Shown here one piece after another: positions 52,239 through 61,305 of a DNA stretch of 64,000 nucleotides. The stretch's first letter is position 1. Every line of letters starts with the position of its first letter. Below the pieces are notes generated by a model that worked only from the letters and a program-made list of their open reading frames with translations, was not told where the DNA came from and ran no database searches. Both the position numbers and the translations under genes were made by a program. The DNA is taken from IMG/VR virus record IMGVR_UViG_3300041586_000098, positions 1-64,000 of that record. One strand, given 5' to 3'. Source of the DNA: a virus.

Positions 52239-52511
52239 ATGCAAACTAAAGAATCTATAATCGAAACTCTTCTAGAAAATAAACACATAACAGTGGAGCA
52301 GGCTGTTATTCTTTTAAAAGATAGCCATATATCATATGGACAAATAAGATATGTAACTCCTCCAGCAACTCAAATATTGCCATGGATACAGCCAAATAAT
52401 CCTTTTAATCCTAATATGCCATATACCACTCCAATATGTAATGAATATTTTACATCAGGTAGCACGACTACGGGTAGTACTGCTCCTGTTAATTCTGAAT
52501 TTCACAGGTAA
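52239..52511 (+). CDS. Hypothetical Pro-rich protein
   Basis: ORF after a promoter motif. Confidence 0.55.
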   Translation: MQTKESIIETLLENKHITVEQAVILLKDSHISYGQIRYVTPPATQILPWIQPNNPFNPNMPYTTPICNEYFTSGSTTTGSTAPVNSEFHR

Positions 52512-52597
52512 CACGTAACACATCTAAACACAAAGGATGTAGTTTTACGTAGTATATCCTTTGTGTACCTTATATCACTCTAATTTGATCTGATAAT

Positions 52598-52657
52598 TTA
52601 ACAAAGATTTAACACTTTAAATTTTCATGATGTCTATATATTGATTATATTTACATA
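52598..52657 (+). promoter_or_regulatory. Early promoter with TTAACA-N5-TTAACA box
   Basis: Box starts exactly 44 nt before TGATTATATTTA. Confidence 0.75.
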
Positions 52658-52678
52658 TAACAATTAAACACCACTATC

Positions 52679-52882
52679 ATGAAAAGAAGAAGCGTCCTAT
52701 TATCACTTTCAATATTTTTTATTGTTCTGTTAGCACCTATTGTTATTAACTACATTATAAAAGGTGCATGTTTTATCTTACTACAGATATTTCAATCCCC
52801 TGGATTTACAATAGCAATATTATCAATAATTGCAAGTATTTGTCTGATTATTATTACTGTTATTAACTTTCTAAAAAAATAA
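52679..52882 (+). CDS. Small membrane protein
   Basis: Two hydrophobic segments. Confidence 0.55.
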   Translation: MKRRSVLLSLSIFFIVLLAPIVINYIIKGACFILLQIFQSPGFTIAILSIIASICLIIITVINFLKK

Positions 52883-52884
52883 TT

Positions 52885-53217
52885 ATGTCAATATCTTACG
52901 AAAAGAACATACGATTTGAAAATTCAAATAAAATGAAATATGAAAGATTCGAAATATACACGTGGATTAACAGGTCAATTGAATCTTGTATACATCTAAA
53001 TCAATTAGTGGCATGCCGTACTTTAATATCTAGATTTAATATAATGTATAATGATACTGATTTAACTGAGAATTTACGATGGTATGCTAATCGTAAAATA
53101 TACTCTTTTTCAAATAAAAATAAATTAAATGGTAAGAGATTGTGTGATTGTCACGAGGAAGAATTAATACAAAATCATAATGTAAATACCAAAGAACATC
53201 CAGGTGATTATGATTAA
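52885..53217 (+). CDS. Hypothetical protein
   Basis: 110-aa ORF. Confidence 0.55.
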   Translation: MSISYEKNIRFENSNKMKYERFEIYTWINRSIESCIHLNQLVACRTLISRFNIMYNDTDLTENLRWYANRKIYSFSNKNKLNGKRLCDCHEEELIQNHNVNTKEHPGDYD

Positions 53218-53231
53218 TTTAAAACAAAAAT

Positions 53232-53291
53232 TTAACAAAAATTTAACACTAATTATTTCTTTCTTAATCCAAAAATGATTAGATTTATATA
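53232..53291 (+). promoter_or_regulatory. Early promoter upstream of the non-coding region
   Basis: TTAACA at 53232 and 53243; TGATTAGATTTA at 53276. Confidence 0.7.
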
Positions 53292-53573
53292 TAATAATTG
53301 ATCAAGTAATACAAATTCATAAACGCATCTAAACGGGCAGTAGGAGATGATGAATTAAAATAAATTGTATAATAAGCAAGAAATAGTCAACTTAAGATAA
53401 GGCTAAAGTACTGTATGAAAAAATATCCGAAAAGGGTTTAAGGCACACAAGTCAATTCCTAATGGAGAATAACGAAGCCCATGGTATCAATCAAACGCCT
53501 CCACGTGGCGATACTGGAAATTAGACATCTTAATTACGTCATATAGTAGTCTAAGCTAAGTTTTGAAAAATAG

Positions 53574-53650
53574 ATAACTAAAGAATGTTGGTTCGAGACT
53601 CACACATCCTAGCCTATGGATGTAGCATATGTGGTTAATGCATTAGTTAT
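53574..53650 (+). ncRNA. Circularly permuted tRNA-like domain (YrlA/Y RNA-like)
   Basis: Closing stem ataactaa/ttagttat; T-loop GTTCGAGAC; acceptor-like catcc/ggatg closed by a loop; TA then D-arm gcat-atgtGGtta-atgc. Confidence 0.55.
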
Positions 53651-53666
53651 AACAGGTCTGCAGACC

Positions 53667-53729
53667 TGTGTACGTCCGGTTAAAGTTGTAGCACTACAGA
53701 CAAGAGGTTCGAATCCTCTGTACCCACTA
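53667..53729 (+). ncRNA. Minimal tRNA-like element (perfect T-arm, no D-stem, stunted anticodon arm)
   Basis: agagg-TTCGAAT-cctct; tgtgtac/gtaccca pair at 6 of 7 positions. Confidence 0.45.
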
Positions 53730-53809
53730 ATAGATTACATGAGTTTGAGCCTCATTTGGCCTTTAAGAAATAAGGGTCGATAGTTTAATAAAGAATAAAA
53801 CAATCTAAC

Positions 53810-53926
53810 AAAATGTATTAGTCGAAGTTAAAAGCTCGAAAGCTGCGCCTTAACTGGTAAGCTACAGTCAATCCCTGACTGACGTATAATAATATGCTAG
53901 TGAAGCCTAGAAGATTAATACATTTT
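53810..53926 (+). ncRNA. Candidate multibranch structured RNA
   Basis: aaaatgtattagtc/gattaatacatttt closing stem; inner agttaa/ttaact, cagtca/tgactg, ctag/ctag. Confidence 0.45.
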
Positions 53927-53951
53927 TATTTTAAAGCAAAAATCAATTTAA

Positions 53952-54341
53952 ATGATAAATAAAGAACAGTTAATCAGAGATCAGTTTTTAAACGAAAGAG
54001 GTATTGCCAACGAAAAAATCAATAAATTAAATATAGATGCGTTTCCTAGCTTTTTGTCATATCAAATTGAAATTACAAAAATAAATGAAAAAAGTAACAT
54101 GCTTGATATATTATACAGGCAAATTAAAACACCAAAAATGTATCCTATGTCAAAAAATGGCAATTTAATGACACTTAGTGATTTTACATCAAACATAAGA
54201 TCAGGCGGATTTATTGACTATGATGGATTTGGAAAGTACGCAACATTAACTGAAGAATCTGATATTTTAATAAATCCCAGTGATATTAAAAGTAATTTAT
54301 ACCGAAATGATTTTACACATGTTAATTGGTATAATAGATAA
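53952..54341 (+). CDS. Hypothetical protein (GGFIDYDGFG motif)
   Basis: 129-aa ORF. Confidence 0.6.
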   Translation: MINKEQLIRDQFLNERGIANEKINKLNIDAFPSFLSYQIEITKINEKSNMLDILYRQIKTPKMYPMSKNGNLMTLSDFTSNIRSGGFIDYDGFGKYATLTEESDILINPSDIKSNLYRNDFTHVNWYNR

Positions 54342-54344
54342 AAA

Positions 54345-54404
54345 TTAACAAAGTTTTAACACTTTAAATTTTTAATAGTTCAATATATTGATTATATTTA
54401 CATA
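54345..54404 (+). promoter_or_regulatory. Early promoter with TTAACA-N5-TTAACA box
   Basis: Same 44-nt spacing. Confidence 0.75.
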
Positions 54405-54584
54405 TACAAACTAAAACAATCAAGCTGTGAAATTAATCTACATGGAACAAACATTAAATCTAATTGCTCAAACTCAGTTAGAGTTTATACGCGAATTAGT
54501 AAAAACAGGTAAAATTATTCAATTAGAAAAAATTGCATACTTGTTAATTGAAGATAATATTAATATCGAAAATAAAACATAATT

Positions 54585-54800
54585 ATGGAAAAATTAGGAG
54601 CAGGTTTAGTTGTAATTTTCACAGGTTTAGCACTTATTTTATTTGCATGTGTTATATGTGCATGGCCAGTACAATTATTATGGAATGGATGTTTATTAAC
54701 AGCAGTGGATGGAGTACATGAAATATCATTCTGGCAGGCATTAGGATTAAACTTCCTATTTTCAATATTATTTAAAGCAAACGTAAAAACAGCAAAATAA
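54585..54800 (+). CDS. Small membrane protein
   Basis: Hydrophobic; LWN...ISFWQALGL. Confidence 0.6.
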   Translation: MEKLGAGLVVIFTGLALILFACVICAWPVQLLWNGCLLTAVDGVHEISFWQALGLNFLFSILFKANVKTAK

Positions 54801-55249
54801 TGGAAACAATCATATTCGATCTAGATGGAACTCTAGCACATATAGATGAACGTAAGGCAAAAGCAACAAAACCAGATGGGAAAATAAATTGGCAGGTTTT
54901 CTTTGCACCTGAGAACATCCAGATGGATAAGCCAAATGCAGCTGTGATTCTTATGTTTATGGCACTTAAGAATGTAGGATATAATATGGTTATTTTTAGC
55001 GGTAGAGATGCAGTTAGTAGAAATGAAACGGTAGTTTGGTTAAATCAGCATGGAATTTTTCCGGATGAATTAAAGATGAGAAAAACAGGAACATTTACAC
55101 CTGATAATATACTAAAGAAACTCTGGCTAGAAGATCTTCGCAAAGAAGGACACTACGTTATATGTTCATATGATGATAGGGACAAGGTTGTTAAAATGTG
55201 GAGAGATAATGGAGTACCTTGTATGCAGGTTGCAGAAGGAAACTTTTAA
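54800..55249 (+). CDS. HAD phosphatase resembling the PNKP 3'-phosphatase domain
   Basis: FDLDGTLA, FSGR, D..LK, YDDR..VV.MWR..G..C.QV..G.F. Confidence 0.85.
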   Translation: METIIFDLDGTLAHIDERKAKATKPDGKINWQVFFAPENIQMDKPNAAVILMFMALKNVGYNMVIFSGRDAVSRNETVVWLNQHGIFPDELKMRKTGTFTPDNILKKLWLEDLRKEGHYVICSYDDRDKVVKMWRDNGVPCMQVAEGNF

Positions 55250-55260
55250 TAAAAAGTAAG

Positions 55261-55446
55261 ATGATATTAACATATTTTATAATAGGATTTGTATTTTCAG
55301 TTTTAATGAAAATAACAAGAGACGAAATCTTAAAATCACAACCTGATTATCCAACGTATAGTAATACTAATATAATAGTAATGATAATATTGTGGCCTAT
55401 ATTCCTATATGTGTTTGTAGCCGCATTATATAAAGCATCCAAATAA
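55261..55446 (+). CDS. Small two-TM membrane protein
   Basis: Two hydrophobic segments, LWP motif. Confidence 0.5.
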   Translation: MILTYFIIGFVFSVLMKITRDEILKSQPDYPTYSNTNIIVMIILWPIFLYVFVAALYKASK

Positions 55447-55448
55447 AT

Positions 55449-56225
55449 ATGCCAGAATTAGCAGAATTACGCCTAACTGCGTCGTACATTAACAAAGTAT
55501 CAAAGGGACTAACATTTAATAAAATAGCAAAAAATCCAATTCACAAGGGAATTGAAGTTGTTTCTCCATTTGAAACATTTAAAATCAGTGCAGAGAGCAG
55601 AGGAAAGGAATTGTTACTTTATTTAAATGATAGTAAAGTAACATTTCCTATTAGAATGAATATGGGAATGGCAGGTCATTTTCAAATAACAGAAACCGGT
55701 AAAGAATCAACGCATGCTCATCTTAAGTTTTACTCAGATAATGGAAAGACTTTAAGTTTTGTAGATGTTAGAAGATTTGGAAAGTGGAAACCAGATAATG
55801 AATGGTCAGACAACAGAGGACCCGATCCTACTCTAGAATTCAATAAATTCGTACTGAATATAACCGATAATTTGAATAAAAGTGAATTTAGTAAACCAAT
55901 TCATTTAGTGTTAATGAACCAAAAATACTTTAATGGTATTGGCAACTATTTGAGGGCAGAAGTGCTTTACAGAATACCTTTAGCAAATCCGTTTCTTTCT
56001 GCTAGAGAAATAATTACACAATATCCTGTTATATTAAATTTATGTAAAGACATTCCAACATTAGCATATATCAGAGGCGGTGGAAGTATTAGAGATTGGA
56101 AGAATCCATTTGGAGAAGACTCGTTACACACATCATTTTTTAAGTGTTATTCAAACAATTTAATGTCAAATATAATTGATAAAAACAATCGAAGATTTTG
56201 GTACGATCCAAAATGGGATAAATAA
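55449..56225 (+). CDS. Fpg/Nei-family DNA glycosylase
   Basis: N-terminal MPELAE, RGKEL, GMAG, DVRRFG, GPDP, GIGNYLRAE. Confidence 0.9.
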   Translation: MPELAELRLTASYINKVSKGLTFNKIAKNPIHKGIEVVSPFETFKISAESRGKELLLYLNDSKVTFPIRMNMGMAGHFQITETGKESTHAHLKFYSDNGKTLSFVDVRRFGKWKPDNEWSDNRGPDPTLEFNKFVLNITDNLNKSEFSKPIHLVLMNQKYFNGIGNYLRAEVLYRIPLANPFLSAREIITQYPVILNLCKDIPTLAYIRGGGSIRDWKNPFGEDSLHTSFFKCYSNNLMSNIIDKNNRRFWYDPKWDK

Positions 56226-56234
56226 ACAAAGAAC

Positions 56235-56714
56235 ATGATAGGAAAAATTGCAATAGTAGGTGCTGCAGCCAGTGGTAAGGATTACTTACGAAAAAGAATG
56301 GAAATGAAAAATCTCACATTCGGCGTTTCATGCACTACACGACCTTCTAGACCAGGAGAAAATGAAGGAACCGATTATTATTTTACCACGGATACTGCAT
56401 TCGATATCCTAATATCAAACGATCAATTAGTAGAATTTCAGGATTTCAATGGTTGGAGGTATGGTATTACCAAGGATGAATTTGAAAAATGTGATGTTTT
56501 AATCTTAAATGCAGATGCAGTTACACTACTTACTCCTTATTATAGGAATAGAATTTTTGTAGTATATTTAGAAATAGCAGAGAGTATTAGACGAGAAAGA
56601 CTAGAGTTGCGAGGTGATATAGATGATCTCATTGAACGACGAATAGCTGCAGATAGAGAACAATTCGGAAACTTTTTAAACTTTGACTGTAAAATAACTA
56701 ACGAAGATTTTTAA
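56235..56714 (+). CDS. Guanylate kinase-like protein
   Basis: GAAASGKD, TTRPSRPGE.EG.DYYF, YG. Confidence 0.85.
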   Translation: MIGKIAIVGAAASGKDYLRKRMEMKNLTFGVSCTTRPSRPGENEGTDYYFTTDTAFDILISNDQLVEFQDFNGWRYGITKDEFEKCDVLILNADAVTLLTPYYRNRIFVVYLEIAESIRRERLELRGDIDDLIERRIAADREQFGNFLNFDCKITNEDF

Positions 56715-56741
56715 TAATATATAATACCTAAAACAAAGAAC

Positions 56742-57257
56742 ATGGCGAAAGCAAAAACTATTACGGAACTAAAGGATTTAAGAACTCAATTAGAAACTGA
56801 AGTTAATCAGGTACAGACTGATATGGCTGCTAAATTATATTTAGTGGATTTAGAAAGCACACAAAACGTCAATGCTATTCTTAAGCAAATTGACAAGAGT
56901 TACACGTGGAATATTAAAAATGCAGCTTTCTTAGTTAATTTATATGACAGTATTTCTGATCAAAAGAAATTAAAGGCTAATGTCGACATGTCAAGATTAA
57001 CAATGATTTCTCTGAATAGCATACAAATTAATACACTATATACTGTGTTAACTAATGTTACCGGAAATGGGATTGAAGCTGCTAGAACTTTTACTAGACT
57101 TTTAACAAATGTAGGTTCTCAGATATCAGAGGCTCTCAGGGAAATGGCAGAGGATAACCGGGTTATTCAGGAAAAACACGTTACCTTGGCGGAATTAGAT
57201 GTTAAAATCGAAAATATGGCTGAGCCTATTCTTGATACAGTAGACGTAACTAACTAA
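56742..57257 (+). CDS. Hypothetical coiled-coil protein
   Basis: 171-aa ORF. Confidence 0.6.
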   Translation: MAKAKTITELKDLRTQLETEVNQVQTDMAAKLYLVDLESTQNVNAILKQIDKSYTWNIKNAAFLVNLYDSISDQKKLKANVDMSRLTMISLNSIQINTLYTVLTNVTGNGIEAARTFTRLLTNVGSQISEALREMAEDNRVIQEKHVTLAELDVKIENMAEPILDTVDVTN

Positions 57258-57261
57258 TATT

Positions 57262-57792
57262 ATGAAATTAGCAAGTAAATCTAAAAAAAGATTAGATCTG
57301 CTTAATGCTATTCACGAAGGAATACTAAATTTTAATATTCCTAAGCCAATCAATGCAATGGAACATGAGAGTAAAAAAAATGACATTTACTCTCATGTTA
57401 TTTTAGTCTTAACTGAGTTTGTTATGATAAAACATAAGTTTTGTAGAGGTCTTGCCAGAGAAAAATCAAGAACTATGATTAAATGGGAAGGAAATTCCAA
57501 TACTAATGTAAAGGATATTCGATTCATGGGAATCACTAATAGACCTAAAATGACAATTGAAAGTGATGGCGTAATTATTGCAATCGAGTCAATAAAAGGA
57601 AGCAATCTTTCAGTACTTAAAGAAGCTATAGCTCAGTCCATGATATATTCAACCGCATACGATTTTGTAATCTATACCTTTGTTGATAATTCCAAAGAAC
57701 ATAAGATACTAAACGGATCTTCCTTAGAAAATGAGAAAAAATTCCTGCAAAATATGTGGGATAATTTTAACGTAAAATTTACTATAATATAA
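57262..57792 (+). CDS. Hypothetical protein, possibly a degenerate PD-(D/E)xK fold
   Basis: RPKMTI..IIAIESIKG...AIAQSMIY...YDFV. Confidence 0.4.
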   Translation: MKLASKSKKRLDLLNAIHEGILNFNIPKPINAMEHESKKNDIYSHVILVLTEFVMIKHKFCRGLAREKSRTMIKWEGNSNTNVKDIRFMGITNRPKMTIESDGVIIAIESIKGSNLSVLKEAIAQSMIYSTAYDFVIYTFVDNSKEHKILNGSSLENEKKFLQNMWDNFNVKFTII

Positions 57793-58311
57793 ATGAAAGT
57801 ATTTGTAACATCAAATCAACAATTCGGTCGACCAGCTGTCATTAAGACATATAAAAGACCATTTGATTCTGTCGAAGAAATGAATATGCAAATGATAGAG
57901 GCTTGGAATTCTGTCGTTGACAAAGAAGACATAGTATATGTTTTAGGTAATTTTGCATGGGACCCTGAAACCGCAGATTTAACTATGTCGCAACTAAATG
58001 GAGATATCATGGTACTAAGAGGCGAACATGATAATGCAGTTTCAGAAATTAATATGGCAACATCTAGCCGATTCCATATGTTAGATAATGGAATTCAAGA
58101 ACACTCTGATCAAAATATAGTGATGTCATATTGGCCCTTGGCTGATTGGCCAGGAAAATCAAAAGGATCATATTCAATCATAGGTATACCTGTCAAAAAA
58201 TACAAAACAAATCACAAAACTAAAATAATTAATTGCTCATGTGACTTATGGGAATTTAAGCCAATTGAAGTTATTAAAATAATAGAATTGTTCAATGATA
58301 TAACTATTTAA
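57793..58311 (+). CDS. Calcineurin-like phosphoesterase homolog with substituted metal ligands
   Basis: TSNQQFG, RPF..VEEMN, WNSVV..D.VYVLGNF, GEHD, SYWP. Confidence 0.7.
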   Translation: MKVFVTSNQQFGRPAVIKTYKRPFDSVEEMNMQMIEAWNSVVDKEDIVYVLGNFAWDPETADLTMSQLNGDIMVLRGEHDNAVSEINMATSSRFHMLDNGIQEHSDQNIVMSYWPLADWPGKSKGSYSIIGIPVKKYKTNHKTKIINCSCDLWEFKPIEVIKIIELFNDITI

Positions 58312-58312
58312 T

Positions 58313-58372
58313 TTAACATAAATTTAACAATTAATATTTTTTATAACATTATAAAATGATTATATTTACATA
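58313..58372 (+). promoter_or_regulatory. Early promoter upstream of the ECF sigma gene
   Basis: TTAACA at 58313 and 58324; TGATTATATTTACATA at 58357. Confidence 0.75.
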
Positions 58373-58390
58373 TATAAACAAATCAAATAT

Positions 58391-58987
58391 ATGGCAACTT
58401 ACAGAGAATTAACAGAGAATTTTTTACTAACGAGATCAGATGCAGATTTTACTGCTTTATTTTATAAAATTAAACCCGGGTTAACATCATATGTAAATAA
58501 GATAGTTAAAGATCGAGAGCTAGCAGAAGATATTTCTATAAATACTTTAACTAAAATGTGGACTAAAATTGATCAATACGATCCTCAGTACCAAATTACC
58601 ACATGGTTATATCGCATTGGATTCAATGATGCCTTAGGCCATATTAAAAATAGAAATAAGCAATCATCACTTGATGTTCTTTCTGAGTTTGGTGTTGAAA
58701 TTAATGAGTCAGGCGAATTTACAACAGGATTGCAAGGTGCATTTGATGATTATGAAATGAAAACCGAACAAGATTATCTAGATGAGGATAACGAACTAAT
58801 GGAAAATTATGGTAAAGTTTTAAATGCAATTGATTCATTGAAGGTATTATACAAAGGTATTGTTATTGATAGATTAATTAACGAAATGAAGTATGAGGAT
58901 ATTGCCGAAAAGCACAACCTTCCGTTACAAACAATTAAAAATAGAATCCACAGAGGAAAATCGATTATTGAAAAAATGGCAATATAA
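58391..58987 (+). CDS. ECF-type sigma-70 factor
   Basis: AEDI, TWLYRI..N (region 2); Y.DIAE...P.QTIKNRIHRG (region 4). Confidence 0.9.
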   Translation: MATYRELTENFLLTRSDADFTALFYKIKPGLTSYVNKIVKDRELAEDISINTLTKMWTKIDQYDPQYQITTWLYRIGFNDALGHIKNRNKQSSLDVLSEFGVEINESGEFTTGLQGAFDDYEMKTEQDYLDEDNELMENYGKVLNAIDSLKVLYKGIVIDRLINEMKYEDIAEKHNLPLQTIKNRIHRGKSIIEKMAI

Positions 58988-59202
58988 TGATTGTAGTAGT
59001 TTATCGAAAATCAGATAAATCAAAGACAAGATATATGACAGTTTTTGCAAATGAAAAAACACCTGACAATATCTTAAGGATAGGAATGAGAAAACCATTA
59101 TTGTCAGATCAATTCATTCTAGATGAAATAGGAATTGGTGAAAAATTCATTGAAGACTATAAAAAGCAATACAAAATTACAAAGCATGCAATTCACGAAT
59201 GA
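58987..59202 (+). CDS. Hypothetical protein
   Basis: Translationally coupled ORF. Confidence 0.55.
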   Translation: MIVVVYRKSDKSKTRYMTVFANEKTPDNILRIGMRKPLLSDQFILDEIGIGEKFIEDYKKQYKITKHAIHE

Positions 59203-59425
59203 GCAAATAGATAGAATAATTGAAATGGCATGGGAGGATAGAACTCCATTTGATGCCATTTATTTTCAATTCAGCCTCAAAGAAAATGATGTTAGGAAGA
59301 TAATGAGAACCAATTTAAAGGAGAGCTCATTTAAATTATGGAGAGAAAGAGTAAAAGGCAGATCGACTAAACATTCTCAAATGTCAGAAACTAGAAGATT
59401 TAAATCTAAAAATCAGAAAAATTAA
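59186..59425 (+). CDS. TIGR03643/DUF2805-like protein
   Basis: IDRIIEMAWEDRTPFDAI..QF...SSFKLWRERV.GR.TKH. Confidence 0.8.
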   Translation: MQFTNEQIDRIIEMAWEDRTPFDAIYFQFSLKENDVRKIMRTNLKESSFKLWRERVKGRSTKHSQMSETRRFKSKNQKN

Positions 59426-59435
59426 CATAAATATA

Positions 59436-59857
59436 ATGAACAACACAAAAACAAATAAAGCCCTCGTTAAGGAACTCTTCCTTTTAAGAGGGCTGCCGTG
59501 ACAGGATCTGGAAAAACAACACTAGCAAAATCAATTGGAGGTTATCATTATGAGGCAGATCAATACTTCACTGACGAAAATGGAGTATACTCTTTCGATT
59601 TTTCCAAAATAAAATTAGCACATGAATCATGTGAACTAAATACAGTGGCGGCGATGCAATCAAAGGCTTCTAGAATTGTAGTTTCAAACACATTTACACA
59701 GGAATGGGAAATGCAATCATATCATGATATGGCAAAGGATTTTGGATATGTAGTATATTCATTAATTGTTGAAAATAGACATGGTGGAAAAAACTCACAT
59801 AATGTTCCTCAGGAATCATTAGATAAAATGAAACAAAGATTTGAAGTTAAGCTATAA
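59436..59857 (+). pseudogene. P-loop (AAA_33/PNK-like) kinase interrupted inside Walker A
   Basis: LFLLRGLP then TGA; GSGKTTLA continues in another frame; EADQYF, VVSNTF, HNVP motifs. Confidence 0.65.
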
Positions 59858-59860
59858 AAA

Positions 59861-59920
59861 TTAACAAAGTATTAACACTCTAAATTTTTAATAGGTCAAT
59901 ATATTGATTATATTTACATT
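59861..59920 (+). promoter_or_regulatory. Early promoter with TTAACA-N5-TTAACA box
   Basis: Same 44-nt spacing. Confidence 0.75.
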
Positions 59921-60118
59921 ATATCTAATTAAAACAAACATAAAATGTACAGTTTAAACTCTCCGGATTACATTAAAGAATTTAGATCAATTGAAGAATT
60001 AATTAGAGATATTGTAATCTCAGGTATAAGTAAACTTTTTGAAATTACAAAGGATGGAGTAGGACAACGAACTATTGCAATGGAATTAATAATAAGATAA
60101 AATAGTAAAAAAATAAAT

Positions 60119-61255
60119 ATGGAAAATTTAAATTCAGTATGTTACGTTGGTTTAGTTACGGAAATTAAGGAAATTAAAGGGGCTGATTTTCTTGAATTAG
60201 CATTAATCGGAGGTTGGAATTGTGTAACTAAGAAAAACGAATTTCAAACAGGTGATAAGATAGTGGTTGCAACAACAGACGCGGTCATTCCTGCAACACT
60301 TTCAGATTTAATGAGTGTTACTACATATCTTAGAAAAGGTAACCGCGTGCGCACTGTAAAGTTACGAGGAGTATACTCTGAGTGTCTTCTTATTCCATTT
60401 AAGTATTTAGCACCGCAATCCTTAGAAAAAAATTGTCCAGTTGGAACTGATATGATGCCAATATTAGGTGTTACTAAATATGAGCCTCCTGTTAGACAAA
60501 TTCAACTTGCAGGTGGTAGAAAAACTAAATATCAAGACAATCAAAACTTTCATGTTTATTACAAATTTCCAAATTTAAAAAATGTGGATGGAATGTTCAA
60601 TGAGACAGACGAAGTTCAAATTACAAGAAAAATTCACGGAACAAACGCGAGATTTGGTATTGTTAGAAAAAACAAATTATCTATATGGGATAGGATTAAA
60701 AAATATTTAAAACTTCCGGGACATAGATTTGTTGAATATGAGTATGTATATGGTTCGCATAATGTTGAAAAAGGAAGTGACTCACAGGGTTTCTATTCTA
60801 CTGATGTTTGGTCTAATGCTGCAAATAAATATAAAATTAAAGAAAGTCTTTGGGAATATGCAAAAAACATGTATGTGTCTATTGGTGAAGGGATCGTAAT
60901 CTATGGTGAAATTTATGGAGCAGGCATTCAAAAAAACTATGAATATGGTTTAACAGAAACTAGATTTGTTGCATTCGATATTAAACGTAATGGAGAATAT
61001 TTATCACCATTAACCACTGAATTTTTAATAAATAAAGAATTTGGTATTCCACATGTTGAAGTATTATATACTGGTCTTTGGTCTCAATCAGTACAAGATA
61101 AATTTACATTTAAAAACTTTATTAAAGAGACAAAGGTTCCGCATGAAGGTATTGTAATTAAGTATCATACAGGTGAAAGAAATAAAATAGCAAAGGTTAT
61201 TAATCCAGACTACTTATGCTATAGTGAAGCAAATGATGTAGAAGATTCACATTAA
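60119..61255 (+). CDS. RNA ligase, DRB0094/Rnl5-like (N-terminal OB domain plus nucleotidyltransferase)
   Basis: AD.LE, KLRGVYSE, KIHGTN, YGEIYG.GIQ, AFDI, EGIVIK. Confidence 0.85.
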   Translation: MENLNSVCYVGLVTEIKEIKGADFLELALIGGWNCVTKKNEFQTGDKIVVATTDAVIPATLSDLMSVTTYLRKGNRVRTVKLRGVYSECLLIPFKYLAPQSLEKNCPVGTDMMPILGVTKYEPPVRQIQLAGGRKTKYQDNQNFHVYYKFPNLKNVDGMFNETDEVQITRKIHGTNARFGIVRKNKLSIWDRIKKYLKLPGHRFVEYEYVYGSHNVEKGSDSQGFYSTDVWSNAANKYKIKESLWEYAKNMYVSIGEGIVIYGEIYGAGIQKNYEYGLTETRFVAFDIKRNGEYLSPLTTEFLINKEFGIPHVEVLYTGLWSQSVQDKFTFKNFIKETKVPHEGIVIKYHTGERNKIAKVINPDYLCYSEANDVEDSH

Positions 61256-61281
61256 TATAATAATATAGTCTAATATGAATA

Positions 61282-61305
61282 AAAATGGTAGCTTGCTACC
61301 ATTTT
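61282..61305 (+). terminator. Intrinsic terminator
   Basis: aaaatggtag cttg ctaccatttt. Confidence 0.65.

Noticed and set aside
53667-53729. Canonical tRNA gene
   Set aside because: No D-stem, no 7-nt anticodon loop and no CCA; kept only as tRNA-like.
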